From positions 82,997,105 to 83,061,104 of the forward strand of contig NC_068983.1 of NCBI RefSeq assembly GCF_001194135.2: a stretch of 64,000 nucleotides of DNA, read 5' to 3'. Every line of letters begins with the position of its first letter. Positions within the stretch are counted from its first letter, which is position 1. The DNA comes from Octopus bimaculoides. Lineage: Eukaryota. Both the position numbers and the translations under genes were made by a program. Under the pieces are notes generated by a model that did not search any database, was not told where the DNA came from, and was given only the letters and a program-made list of their open reading frames with translations. This document shows, piece by piece, positions 12,912-25,690 of the stretch.

Positions 12912-13949
12912 TATATATATATAAATTTTTCAAAGTAAACTCTGTAATCGTTACCAATATAGCATAAGATTTCACCTTAAAAAATCTTTAATTAGATTCC
13001 TTAAGGATCGTTCTCCTTGTTTAAATATCAAAAGTTTCAAATTTATACATTTAAAAAAGAGATTTAACACCGAAGTTTATATATCCATGTATTCATTTAA
13101 TGTAAACATTTCTGTGTATAACTATATTTAACCATTAAAATAAGTTAAATATATTAGTTGTCGTACACGTCATCAGGAATAATTTTCATTGGAACAAAAA
13201 AAAACCCCCAAAAAACACATAATGAATTAATCGAACAAAATCAAATTTAAAATTAAAATCTATACCATTATCGGTCAAATACGAAATCCTCTCTGTTTAC
13301 ATACGCTAATTTGTAATAGGGGAGGTAACTCCTTGGCATATTCTATGACTATTACTCCACTACTAATAATTACTAAATCACTAAAACTTCTCTTATTTAT
13401 TATTAATTATTCAAGATATATAAATTATCTTAAGGGCCACTGGAAAGCTACAATTACCATTGACAAATTTTACATTGATATGCCTGCCTTAAAATCCAAT
13501 ATTATACTACATAGTACCATAAAATATGAGCCCCAAAAAATTTCAATTGCAATAGGAATAATTACTTCTAGGAATTTTTTCAAAACCCACATGTGTTATA
13601 TTTAATTTATATTTTAACATATTAATATTGTCTGCTATAATTATTATATTCTATGGACTCCATACTATAAATTATAAACAATTCTCACCTTAATGGAGAT
13701 TCACAGTGTGCCATCCTATCTCTAGTATTTTATTCAATACCTACATTTATTATTGTCAAGTTATACACATATATAGTCTGCTTTAAGATCTAATAACACA
13801 CTATATTGTACTGTACTGTACTACAAGTTATAATTAACTCTTCATTATAATTAATCCATACTAAGTTGTGCCTAGATTTTAATGGCAAAATTCCAGCCGT
13901 TACTTATAACTTTAATATTTGATATTTAAATATCGCCTGCCTTCATATC

Positions 13950-14068
<119 letters not shown>

Positions 14069-14229
14069 TACAACCAGTTTCAATCTAGTAAAACTTCTCT
14101 TATAAACTTCCCAAATTTTATGCCGAAATATAGGATTGATCTTCATTATTAAAAATTATATTATTATTATTAACAGATAATTTAGAGAGCCTAATGTACT
14201 ATAGGTTATAGTCAATTTTCTATTATAAT

Positions 14230-14863
14230 TGAACTCAATCCTCAAATGCCACTAAAATTCAAGTAAAGCCCACAACTGTTATTTGTACATTATATGCTAA
14301 TGTATCCTATTTAAGGATCTAAATTTATCTTATAATTTGGTATATATTATATATAATCTTAAACTAACATGGGAATCTATACCATATTTTCTAAAAAGGA
14401 TTTTATAAAATCCTTGCTACTATTATTAAATTATATTAGTATGATTTGTCTATGGACTAACTGTTATGGTAAAATTAATTATAACACCTTGTCATATTTC
14501 AATTTTATTTAAACCAACGAAAGGTGTGTCTTAAAATATGTGTACATTTCAGAGCATTATTTGTTAATTTATTTATCAATTTACCCTTAGAGAATAGTAT
14601 GAAATAAAGCTCTAAAGTACAAAACGAACAGTATTTCTTACCCCTCTCATATGGAAAAGATCTCGCGGCAATTGACCATTGTAACCAATATGGTTTATTT
14701 TGTTACTAAGACTAGTGTTTGCTATTTTCCTTCTATCTCTAAAGGTACAAAAATGATTAGATATTCGTTTACATATTTGTCCTGAAGTGCATCCAAGGTA
14801 ACTCAGTTACAGTAATTAAATTCCTACTATTACAAACATTATCACTATTATTAATAATATCGC

Positions 14864-14906
<43 letters not shown>

Positions 14907-15230
14907 GCTATTTATATCATGGTTTAAATCCCTATTCACCCCTATTTCTTTAGACTTTAATATTTTTAAATTATGTGCTGCAATTATTTGTGCTAAATTT
15001 ATAGTATTTGAAAATCCAAATCTCATGATATGTGTATTAATAATTTTACCTTAGTGTGAATTCTTTGGGAAATGTCTACTTATCACTTCCCTAAACTTTG
15101 CAATCAAGTTACTTTTGATATTCCTCCCAAATGGGATTATGAACCAAACATTATCATCTTTATTATTATCAGAATTACTAATATCATTCTTAAAAAAATT
15201 TTAATTACCTATGTTATGTTTATGGAAATA
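14230..15230 (-). mobile_element. Decayed Penelope-like retroelement (linker and start of GIY-YIG region)
   Basis: Minus strand reads NVWFIIPFGRNIKSNLIAKFREVISRHFPKNSH*GKIINTHIMRFGFSNTINLAQIIAAHNLKIL, matching the Penelope-like pattern IWFNPP...HFP..H.L.KIFN.NT.K.SYS...N...II..HN.KIL. A (TTA)n expansion sits in frame. Best supported at 14770-15230. Confidence 0.7.
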
Positions 15231-15261
15231 TTTGGGTTTATTTCTCTTATATATATGTGTA

Positions 15262-15310
<49 letters not shown>

Positions 15311-15429
15311 AAATGAAGGGGATACAAAAATGACATACATCAGCCGGTAGACATTCAATTTATGTCTATTTATTGTAAAACATAAGTATTATAAGAATAC
15401 ATACACATGCAAAGACTGTGTGTTACACA

Positions 15430-16120
15430 CATATGTACTAGCAATACAGAAAAGAGTAAAAGATAAGTTCCCTACGGCCGTTATATCCCCCATGCTATCT
15501 CCATCTTTTCCGTGTTCTGTAGGGATGGGTAGATAAAGTATGGATGTCGAGTGTGGCTCTAGGCTTCTTCAGAGGGTCTAAACGGTTAGGAGAGCCATTA
15601 CATACAAGAATCAGTTACCAATAAGTTCAGTATATTTTTCTTATTGAAGAGGACATAAGAAGAATAGGAGTAAAACTTGAGTGTGAGAGGAGTACAACTT
15701 AGTAAAATGGATTAGGTATAGGAAAGGGAAATAAGTCATAGACTTCCAGTGTTGCCTTCCAAGATTCATGTTATTTCGTCCAGTGGTGGACAGGTGGATG
15801 TAGTCGTTCTTAGGAGAAGTTTTTTAGGCAGTGGTTCTTATATACACGATATGTTTCTAGTGCTGGGTTTGAAAGTATAGTCCGTGTTTCGGAGGTAGAA
15901 GTTTATATGTAGGATGCCAGCTGATACTAAAGAGAGTATGGCACCAACTGGTGACTAAAGTACGGTGTTCGTGTTCGTCATTTTTCGATCAACAAGTCCT
16001 GGAATCCTTGTGTGCAGTGAGGCGGGAGCCATGGTCAGTCCTGCAATCTAATTGGTCACGTGTGTCTGAAGAGGTTGCTTAGTGATTTGAACAGATGAAT
16101 ATAATGCTAAGATCTACTAT
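15430..16120 (-). mobile_element. Possible 3' fragment of a Penelope-like or other retroelement
   Basis: Compositionally distinct block with no intact ORF. The ccctctgaagaagcc...gccg signature resembles Penelope-like element (PLE) termini; recognition only. Confidence 0.3.
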
Positions 16121-17399
16121 GAAATGAAACAAACAAGGGCTTTTTTTTTCATACATAACAAAACAATATTTCAACAAGTACGACATGGTAGGAGAGAAAA
16201 TAAATGATAGCAGTAATCCTTAACAACATGTCGCTGGGTGAAAATTGGTGTGGTAATATTTGCTGTTTCCAAACTTTAAGCGTCGTCTCTACTGTATCAA
16301 TTGCCTAACAGCCGTATCTAATATATGTTGATGACATAAGGGTCGTGGTCGCAACGCAAGGCGACGACACAGCTGGAATACTAAGCGAAACAACTGAAGA
16401 AAGCGCAAAGGGTGAAAACACAAATCACGTCGTGTTTTCACTTTTTCCGCTTATTCTTCAGTCATATATAGACAGACAGAAAGACAGGTACTTACATACA
16501 CATACATACATGCATGCATGTGTATGGATGTATTTGCATGCATATGAATGTATGTAAATATGTGTGTGTGCATACATGCACGTATGTATGTAGGTATATC
16601 TTCACCTTTTATTAATTAGAATTCTTGCCAGGCTTTTTGTTGGCTTCTAACGAAAAAATAGTCCAAGAATGATAATTTTTGCATATCCGACTGTACAAAT
16701 GTCTTGTATGTGTTTATTGTTTCACGTACAAATTGTATTTACTAAATGCCTCGATATGCGAGTGCATTCGTTCCCGGAGAACGCTCGCAAAGCGAATACT
16801 CGTAAAAGATCGTAAACCGTGAAGCGGGTCCACGTAAAGTTAGGTATTACTGCAAATATATGCGCGCGTGTGTATATATAACCACATACATACATATGTA
16901 CATAAATACATACATACATAAACACATACATACATACATACATACATACATACATACATACATACATACAGACAGACAGACACATACATACATACATTGG
17001 TACATAGTGCTACATGCTTGAAATATGTTGCTATTCTAAAATGTATAGACATGTGACCAACTGAACAAAGAGCATGAATGATTATTCATACAAATATGAG
17101 TAATAATCAAGGGAGAAGAGCAACAGGCACTGAAGCAGTTGTTTATAAATATTCTCGTAAATATTCAGTCCCCATGAGTGTCCACGTTCTTGTTTTCTCA
17201 GTCCCCAATAACTACCTCAAGCTTGTTATCTTTTCAGTTAGTAGAGGCTTTGATGGGAATGTGCGACCATAATTCCTTTTGATATGAACTTATGTATTCC
17301 AAAGAAGGGAAGCTATTAAGTTTATCCCAGGACAGTTTTTGAAATAGAAGGCATTGTGCAGAGTTTTAGAAGTAAAATAATGTCGTAGTTCGAGTTCTT

Positions 17400-17640
17400 A
17401 CTATGTGTTATATCATCAGTGATATAATCCACAGTTGCCGTTACATCTTGGTGTTTTAATGTTTTCGCTAACTCGTGTGCTAATTAGACGTTTGGTAGCT
17501 ATAACATGTTCTCGAATTGCAAAATCACAGCCTTCGAAATGTGGGATTATGTAAAGGTCTCGACTTAGAGACAAGCTAAATTTCAGGCTCATATAATCAT
17601 CTTCAAGGTTACGAAAAACATACTCCTGCATTATTTGCTT
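17400..17640 (-). mobile_element. Possible GIY-YIG endonuclease remnant (Penelope-like)
   Basis: YIIP...CD......IATKRLISTRVSENI resembles VY.I.C..C...YIG.T.R.L.TR..EH; weak. Confidence 0.3.
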
Positions 17641-18435
17641 GTGTTAAGCATAGTATTTCTTTTCTACTATGCATTATATGTATCTGCTATGCATTTTGTG
17701 TACATATAAGCACACACACACACACACACAAACACACACATCATTTTAATTTCTACCGATTAAATGAACACACACACACGTGCACACACATATATACATC
17801 TATGTATATATATATATATATATNNNNNNNNNNNNNNNNNNNNNNNNNNNNNNNNNNNNNNNNNNNNNNNNNNNNNNNNNNNNNNNNNNNNNNNNNNNNN
17901 NNNNNNNNNNNNNNNNNNNNNNNNNNNNNNNNNNNNNNNNNNNNNNNNNNNNNNNNNNNNNNNNNNNNNNNNNNNNNNNNNNNNNNNNNNNNNNNNNNNN
18001 NNNNNNNNNNNNNNNNNNNNNNNNNNNNNNNNNNNNNNNNNNNNNNNNNNNNNNNNNNNNNNNNNNNNNNNNNNNNNNNNNNNNNNNNNNNNNNNNNNNA
18101 TGTATGTATGTATGTATGTATGTATGTATGTATGTATGTATGAGCAATTTAAAAGAATTTGAGAAAGAAAACGTTTCAGTAATGTTCCCCAGTTTCCCCA
18201 CGACTGTCCTTCAGTTATTTTGGAAAGACTAAGTTGGATAATTAGGGTCAATGTACATGTTTGGCTTCGTGTATTTGAATGAACAGCTCGAGGCATTTTA
18301 AATATACATTTCTTTAACTTGGATCTTCAATTTTTCATTGTCACCGGCATTCTTTCTTTTGTTTCATTTATATTTATTGAATCGTATTCTGAATTTCTTT
18401 ATTTTTTGTTGTTTTGATTTTTCTTTCTTTTTTTT

Positions 18436-18474
<39 letters not shown>

Positions 18475-19076
18475 ATTTCTTCCTTTATCTGAAAATATTT
18501 AACAGTATGAATTTTATCTTCTGAATATATGTATATGAGTGCGTACCTGTGTGTATACCTTTGTGAATATATGTAGATGAGTTTATATGTATTTATATGT
18601 GTGTCTTTTCAGTAAGTCAATCCAACGTTATTTCGAATATTTTTCTATACTAAGAAATTATTTTCTAAGACAACAAATGGGAAAAAACAAATGCAAACAA
18701 AGAAGGAAAATTATCTGATTAGAAAGTAGAAAAAAATGAACATGATATCAAGAACTCAGAACATAGTTCACTCATTAACATCATCTGGTCAGTAATGTTT
18801 AATTGTTAAAGTAAATTTCAATTATTAAATGTTTAATTGTTAAAGTAAAGTTTAATTATTAATGATGAATTTTTCACATGCTCTCTATGTCGTTTCTGCC
18901 GAAACCTTGTTTTAAATTACCTCTGTGTAGAGAGAAACTTCAACAATAGTGTTATCTTGTGTAATTCGGAATGAAATTGAAATTGTTAATTATACAGTAG
19001 AAGCTATATTAGAATTTCTTAGGTAACATTAAATCTTACCTTGGTTTACTGTAAGGAAACAACAGTCATAGATACT

Positions 19077-19248
19077 CTTTTTATTCTTGACACAAAGCCC
19101 GAAATTTTGGGAGAGGAGGCCAATCGATTAGTACTGGTACTTAATTTATCGATCCCGAAAGGCAAAGTCGACCTCGGCGGAATTTGAACTCAGAACATAA
19201 AGACAGACAAAATATGTTAAGCATTTCGCTCGGCGTGCTAACGTTTCT
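19077..19248 (-). mobile_element. SINE type A1, head truncated by the adjacent A2 copy
   Basis: Type A body ending cggcgtgctaacgtttct, then directly the tail of the next copy. Confidence 0.85.
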
Positions 19249-19481
19249 TATTTCTTTACTGTCCAGAAGAGGCTAAACACAGAGGGGACAAACAAGGACA
19301 GACAAAGGAATTAAGTCGATTACATCGACCCCAGTGCGTAACTGGTACTTAATTTATCGACCCCGAAAGGATGAAAGGCAAAGTCGACCTCGGCGGAATT
19401 TGAACTCAGAACGTAACGGCAGACGAAATACCGCTAAGCATTTCGCCCGGTGTGGTAACGTTTCTGCCAGCTCGCCGCCTT
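19249..19481 (-). mobile_element. SINE type A2, full length
   Basis: Near-identical to the reverse complement of 4166-4396. Confidence 0.92.
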
Positions 19482-19540
19482 ACACGGTCATAGATACTGC
19501 AACATTTATGTTTACATCGGCTTTTTTCAACATGTATAAC

Positions 19541-19768
19541 CGCACGGCCAAGTGGTTAAGTTGTAGCACTTATGATCGCAAGATTGTTGTTTCGATATCC
19601 GGACCGGGGTGTGTGTTGTGCTCCTGAATAAAATACTTCACTTCACGTTGCTCCAATTCACTCAACTGTAAAAGGAATAATCTTGGGACGAACTAACGTT
19701 TAGAGGAAATGTCATCTCGGTCACTTATACGCTATGGACGTAACTGTCCCTATGAGTCTTAAAACTTC
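19541..19768 (+). mobile_element. SINE type C, diverged
   Basis: cacggccaagtggttaag..gtttcgatatcc..ttcacgttgctccaattcactcaactg parallels 8773-9075. Confidence 0.7.
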
Positions 19769-21324
19769 CACTTTTCTTCCTAACTTCTTAGCACAAGATC
19801 CGATGCTTTTTGGTAATGTTTATGTTCGACTGAAATATTTGAATATATTATTTTATTGACTTCAAGTTAAAGCTGCTCCAGTTGACGTTTAAACAGATTG
19901 TAAACTAAGTACAAGACTAAACACCATGACAAAAATGTATACTAGAATCAATTTTCTCTACTATAATACTTGTTCTTGTACTAAAAATCTATGACAAAAT
20001 AATTTGCATTATCTGTTTCCGTTATTTAACAGTTTCAAGTTAAAATAGTGTTCACTTTCTATTCTATCTTTCTATTCTATCATTTCAACTCGCCTACTTC
20101 GCAAATTTTTGTTATAAAAGCAACGCAATTGATTAGATAGATTCCGTTTTCTTATTAATAGTTATTTCATTACACACTAGAAATATGGAAATAATTTCCG
20201 TATTCATTTTATAGAACATAAGAGAAATGTGAACTCAGAAACATAAAACTACAAAGTCGTTATTACAATGTATATATGCCGGAATTCTAGCATTTCTACC
20301 AATTAACTTGCACTTGTGATCGACATAATGATAATCGTTTACCACCCTCGTAACTATTTTTGTAACCTTTTAGTTCTCGAAATTGAAAATAACATAATAA
20401 AAGGCAGTCAAAGCTTGCATGAATGTGTATTGATGTTTTTTTCCTAAGATTTAAATTCTGACTCAGAAATGACAAAGCTGAACTATCACTCGATTCATTC
20501 TATTCACAATAAGATGACTGGGTTCATGAAGTATGAGTAGACGGATATTATTATGAGATTCTTTTTTATATGGAAAAGATTTAGAATGATTTACAAGTTA
20601 TGTTTGTTTTTAATCAGATTTTGTTTAAATTCTTCATCGCACCATGAACTCCAATCAAGTTACTGTTCTCTCTATTATTTTCATATAAAATATACGGCTA
20701 TTAATGGCGCACTACGATTACACGTTACTTCATATCACTGCTTACATCATCCATTTGCCCCCTTTATTTATTATTTGTGTATTTTATCCGTTGATTTATT
20801 AATTTATATGTTACCCTTTCAAATAGGAATTCATACATCTCGTGAAACTTCTAAAAAAGAAACATTCATACACGTTGAATAGTCTGTTAATTTTACCTGG
20901 AAAATGAGACCGCCTATATGGCTAAGCGCTATCACATATGATGACTACCTTATAAATACTAAATAATTCATAAAGAATGCCAAAAGACTCTTCCAACGTA
21001 ACGGACAAAACAGCTCAAAATGATACTTGAAAGAAAGGGGCTTTATTACTGATCTTTTTAAACATTTAAAATAAAACTATAATATAAACAAAATTTCGTT
21101 GAGTCGTCAAGAAATACATCAACAAGCTATATCTCAACACCAACTGTACGCAATAGCCTTATCCTCCAAAACGTCAACACGTACCATGCTGGGGTGTAGT
21201 AGATTTTCATATTTAGTCGAAATATTTCATAACTGTCGAATGTTTAACTACACTGACATAGCAATCTCAGATCCTTTCGTTAACCCGAAGAGAGCAAACA
21301 CGAAACCGATTCAGTATATTCTTT

Positions 21325-21500
21325 TGTTTTCTTACTAATTTTAGTTAGTAGACTGTGGCTATTGCTGGAGCAACGGTTTCAAGGGTTTAGTTGAACTTTT
21401 GGATACACGTATGCATTTCAGTTTGGCACTTAAATCAAGGGGATATATTTGTCGAACCGTCATATGACGAGACGTACTGAAACACAGTACAAAAACGAGC
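21325..21500 (-). mobile_element. SINE type B, degenerate 3' half
   Basis: gactgtggctattgctggagcaacgg..ttagttgaac..tttgtcgaaccg. Confidence 0.55.
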
Positions 21501-22017
21501 TTTAGACAGGTGTGAACGTACACACGAACAGAGATATAAACATGTACATAAACACGAGCATAAACACATATACATATGCACAAACATATATATAACCAAT
21601 TATACACATACACACAAACATGAACACATATACACGTACACACACAAACATACAAACATATATATGTGAATATACACAAGCATGAACACATACACTTGCA
21701 TACACAGAAGCGCACCCATATTATTTTTCAATCATTGCTTTGAAGTATACTTCACTGGTATTATAGTATTGAATTTCTAACTTTGAGTATCCTAATACAA
21801 CATGCAGACATAGACACGTGTGTATATTTCTCTATGATTTTGTCAGCTATTCTCAATGGTGATGCATATTATATTATGTTTTTCAGATCAGACAGATCTA
21901 AATGTAAGGCAAATTCCATGTGTGCAGACATAACAACTACAGGGTTACTTTAATGTTCTATTACATCTACCTATCTATCTATCTATCTATCTATCTATGT
22001 ATCTATCTATCTATCTA

Positions 22018-22058
<41 letters not shown>

Positions 22059-22360
22059 ATATGTGTATGTATATATGTTTGTATGCATGTGTATGTGTGA
22101 GTATANNNNNNNNNNNNNNNNNNNNNNNNNNNNNNNNNNNNNNNNNNNNNNNNNNNNNNNNNNNNNNNNNNNNNNNNNNNNNNNNNNNNNNNNNNNNNNN
22201 NNNNNNNNNNNNNNNNNNNNNNNNNNNNNNNNNNNNCTCTTGTGTTTAAATGTACACTGTATTTATATGAATAATATATAGTCTGTGAACTAATTTTTTT
22301 ACACGCTAGGCCACTGATAGTAGAAATTTCTAATATTTCTAATTGCCCTTCGATATTATT

Positions 22361-22398
<38 letters not shown>

Positions 22399-24159
22399 CG
22401 TTGCTCACACGTGACCATCGGCTATCTCTCTCTTTCTTGTTCTTGCTTTACAATAGACAAAACACACTTTTGCCTGTCTCCTGTCAAGCTCGTTTCTCCA
22501 GCGTTCACCACTTCACCTCGTAATGGTTTAACAGCCTTTACCGTTTGTTTTTACAGTTTCCTTCGCAAAACACAAATTTTATTTAATTTACTTTGCGGGG
22601 ACGACTGTTTTAATGAAGTCGCGTCTTGTCCCAACGTTCCAAACGCGGAGTAGATAAAAGAGAGGACAACTGATGAATTAGATTGTTCTTTATGTTGCCT
22701 GTCTTGTTCTCTATTTGTTTCTTTCGTTGTTCAAAAACAAAAGTTCGTTTTCCAGTTTTGTTTTTTTATGTTCTCCTTTCTCTTTTTGTTCACATTTTTT
22801 ACGATCTGTACCCATATATGCATGTATATGAACATATATATAGGTATGTACAAATATGTATGTATATATGCACACACACACACACATAATCTCAAATCAA
22901 AAAATAGCACNNNNNNNNNNNNNNNNNNNNNNNNNNNNNNNNNNNNNNNNNNNNNNNNNNNNNNNNNNNNNNNNNNNNNNNNNNNNNNNNNNNNNNNNNN
23001 NNNNNNNNNNNNNNNNNNNNNNNNNNNNNNNNNNNNNNNNNNNNNNNNNNNNNNNNNNNNNNNNNNNNNNNNNNNNNNNNNNNNNNNNNNNNNNNNNNNN
23101 NNNNNNNNNNNNNNNNNNNNNNNNNNNNNNNNNNNNNNNNNNNNNNNNNNNNNNNNNNNNNNNNNNNNNNNNNNNNNNNNNNNNNNNNNNNNNNNNNNNN
23201 NNNNNNNNNNNNNNNNNNNNNNNNNNNNNNNNNNNNNNNNNNNNNNNNNNNNNNNNNNNNNNNNNNNNNNNNNNNNNNNNNNNNNNNNNNNNNNNNNNNN
23301 NNNNNNNNNNNNNNNNNNNNNNNNNNNNNNNNNNNNNNNNNNNNNNNNNNNNNNNNNNNNNNNNNNNNNNNNNNNNNNNNNNNNNNNNNNNNNNNNNNNN
23401 NNNNNNNNNNNNNNNNNNNNNNNNNNNNNNNNNNNNNNNNNNNNNNNNNNNNNNNNNNNNNNNNNNNNNNNNNNNNNNNNNNNNNNNNNNNNNNNNNNNN
23501 NNNNNNNNNNNNNNNNNNNNNNNNNNNNNNNNNNNNNNNNNNNNNNNNNNNNNNNNNNNNNNNNNNNNNNNNNNNNNNNNNNNNNNNNNNNNNNNNNNNN
23601 NNNNNNNNNNNNNNNNNNNNNNNNNNNNNNNNNNNNNNNNNNNNNNNNNNNNNNNNNNNNNNNNNNNNNNNNNNNNNNNNNNNNNNNNNNNNNNNNNNNN
23701 NNNNNNNNNNNNNNNNNNNNNNNNNNNNNNNNNNNNNNNNNNNNNNNNNNNNNNNNNNNNNNNNNNNNNNNNNNNNNNNNNNNNNNNNNNNNNNNNNNNN
23801 NNNNNNNNNNNNNNNNNNNNNNNNNNNNNNNNNNNNNNATATATATATATATATATATACTTCTTAAGGCCGAAACAATATCAAGTGAGATTACAAAATG
23901 GTGCAAATAATAATATTTGAAATTTTACCGCGTATTTGTTCGATATTTCTGAGTTAGGACCCCTTCTTTAGGATACATGTGTGATGGAATAAAGACTATC
24001 TCATTGTTGAGATATGTGGAAGAGGATAATGACATGCGCAGACTGATCTTGTCTTAATAGCCAGTCTTTTTCGAGTAATTGTTGTCCGTTGTTTATTGTT
24101 GATTGCAGTTTATGAAATAAGCCTTGTTGGTTTGACGGTTGCCCGTGTTACGTTCTGTA

Positions 24160-25295
24160 GCCTTAATGGATACAGTAAAGTCACTGTGCATTCCACTAAA
24201 CACCTGATTATGATAGAATCATAGCATTATCGGCAATATCAGTCATGTAAGCAAAGTATTGCACAGAGCAATCCTAAATAGATTTAAACCTTAAGCAGAA
24301 AGCATCATAACGGGCTTTCGTAAGAACAGATTCGTTATTGGAAATCCGTACACTCTGTGAGAAATAACTAAAGCACACTATCTATGCCTCCATTGACTTG
24401 AAAAAGCATTTGATAGAGTACAGTATGATGTTCTATAGGCTAAAATCAAAGACTGTAAAATGGAGAAAAAGCTGTCATATCCAACGGCTTTATACCAAAA
24501 CAGCCAGAGCTCCAACAGTGAGAGATTACCCTCCCTACCATCTTCGGCATCTTAGACCGAATCATGACTGATTGATGCCCTTCAATTCAATGTAGGCACA
24601 CTCAGTATGGAAGGTCGGAACACAACACATTTTAGATTGTTGATGACATTGATAGACTAGTTGGGAGAGAAGATGAATTAACTGAAATATTTCAAACACT
24701 TTGATAGAGCTTCCAGCAATTACGGGATGAAAATCAATGCTAAAAGATCCCAACTTGTGACAAATGCCTACAGTACAATCTCAACAGTCATCTCAGTACG
24801 AGGAAATAAATTAGAGAGACTGCATCAGTTCACACAGCTGGGAACAATTATTTATGATATAGAATCAAGGTCTGAAATCTACGCAATGACTTCAGGAACC
24901 AGACTGAAGCTACTATGAATAACAAAATAGGACTCATGCGTGCACTGATACTTCTCACCTTCCTGCAGGCATTCAGGACGTGGGCACTCGTGGCAGCAAT
25001 GCACATGAAGAGATAGACATTGGAAATGTGCTGCAACCACAAGGTCTTATGCAATCCATATTTCAACTAAAACACGAACAGCGGTAAAGTAAAGAAACCT
25101 GAGACCGTTCTTCTAGGAACATTAAGAGAAAGAAAGATGATGAACAGAGGAAAATATGGGTAGATCTCATCAAGGTGTGGACTGAGAAATTGCAAGCCGT
25201 CCCGCTCTGTGTACACGACTGAATCGGATTAAGACAAACGGAGAAAGATTTACAAGAATGACTCCATTCGTAGTTGTGGCCACAAGACGATGCAT
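24160..25295 (+). mobile_element. Decayed RTE-clade LINE (RT domain to C-terminus)
   Basis: Broken frames give ISHVSKVL, GFRKNR, DLKKAFDRV, SMEGRNTTHFR.VDDIDRL..REDEL, YGMKINAKRSQL and W.DLIKVWT; many stops and frameshifts. Confidence 0.85.
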
Positions 25296-25370
25296 GTATA
25301 CAACAATTTTTCTATCTATTTATATACATGTGCGTGTGCGTGTATATATGTACACATACATCCCCACCCC

Positions 25371-25406
<36 letters not shown>

Positions 25407-25570
25407 TATTTATATACAGTTGGTAATACTTTAGCCAAAATGTTATGTGATTAATATATATTTACCTCTATAAAATACAGTACCTCACGCTTGGAAGCTA
25501 CGTCCATATAAAATACATTAGCTATTTACATTTCTATAATAAAGTTAAGAATACAACAAGGAAGTAGTTG

Positions 25571-25690
25571 TACGAGGGTGAGTCAGAAAGTAATGCAATT
25601 TATATTTGCATCATCTTTTACTTACCTTTGGACGCAACTTTGGTGCACGTTCAGTTTCGCATGACGTCAGTCAGTTTCACTTTAGGAACC
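25571..25690 (+). mobile_element. Mariner-like terminal fragment
   Basis: Begins TA-CGAGGGTGAGTCAGAAAGT, typical of mariner TIR starts; no partner TIR found. Confidence 0.4.

Noticed and set aside
16394-16441. CTGAAGA..GAAA plus 10-bp hairpin gtgaaaacac/gtgttttcac as a hammerhead
   Set aside because: No stem II can form between CUGAAGA and GAAA; a 10-bp stem is expected by chance at this scale.
21887-21903. 17-nt microexon (ttttcag|...|gtaagg)
   Set aside because: Short motifs of this kind arise by chance in 64 kb of AT-rich DNA; no supporting neighbour exon.
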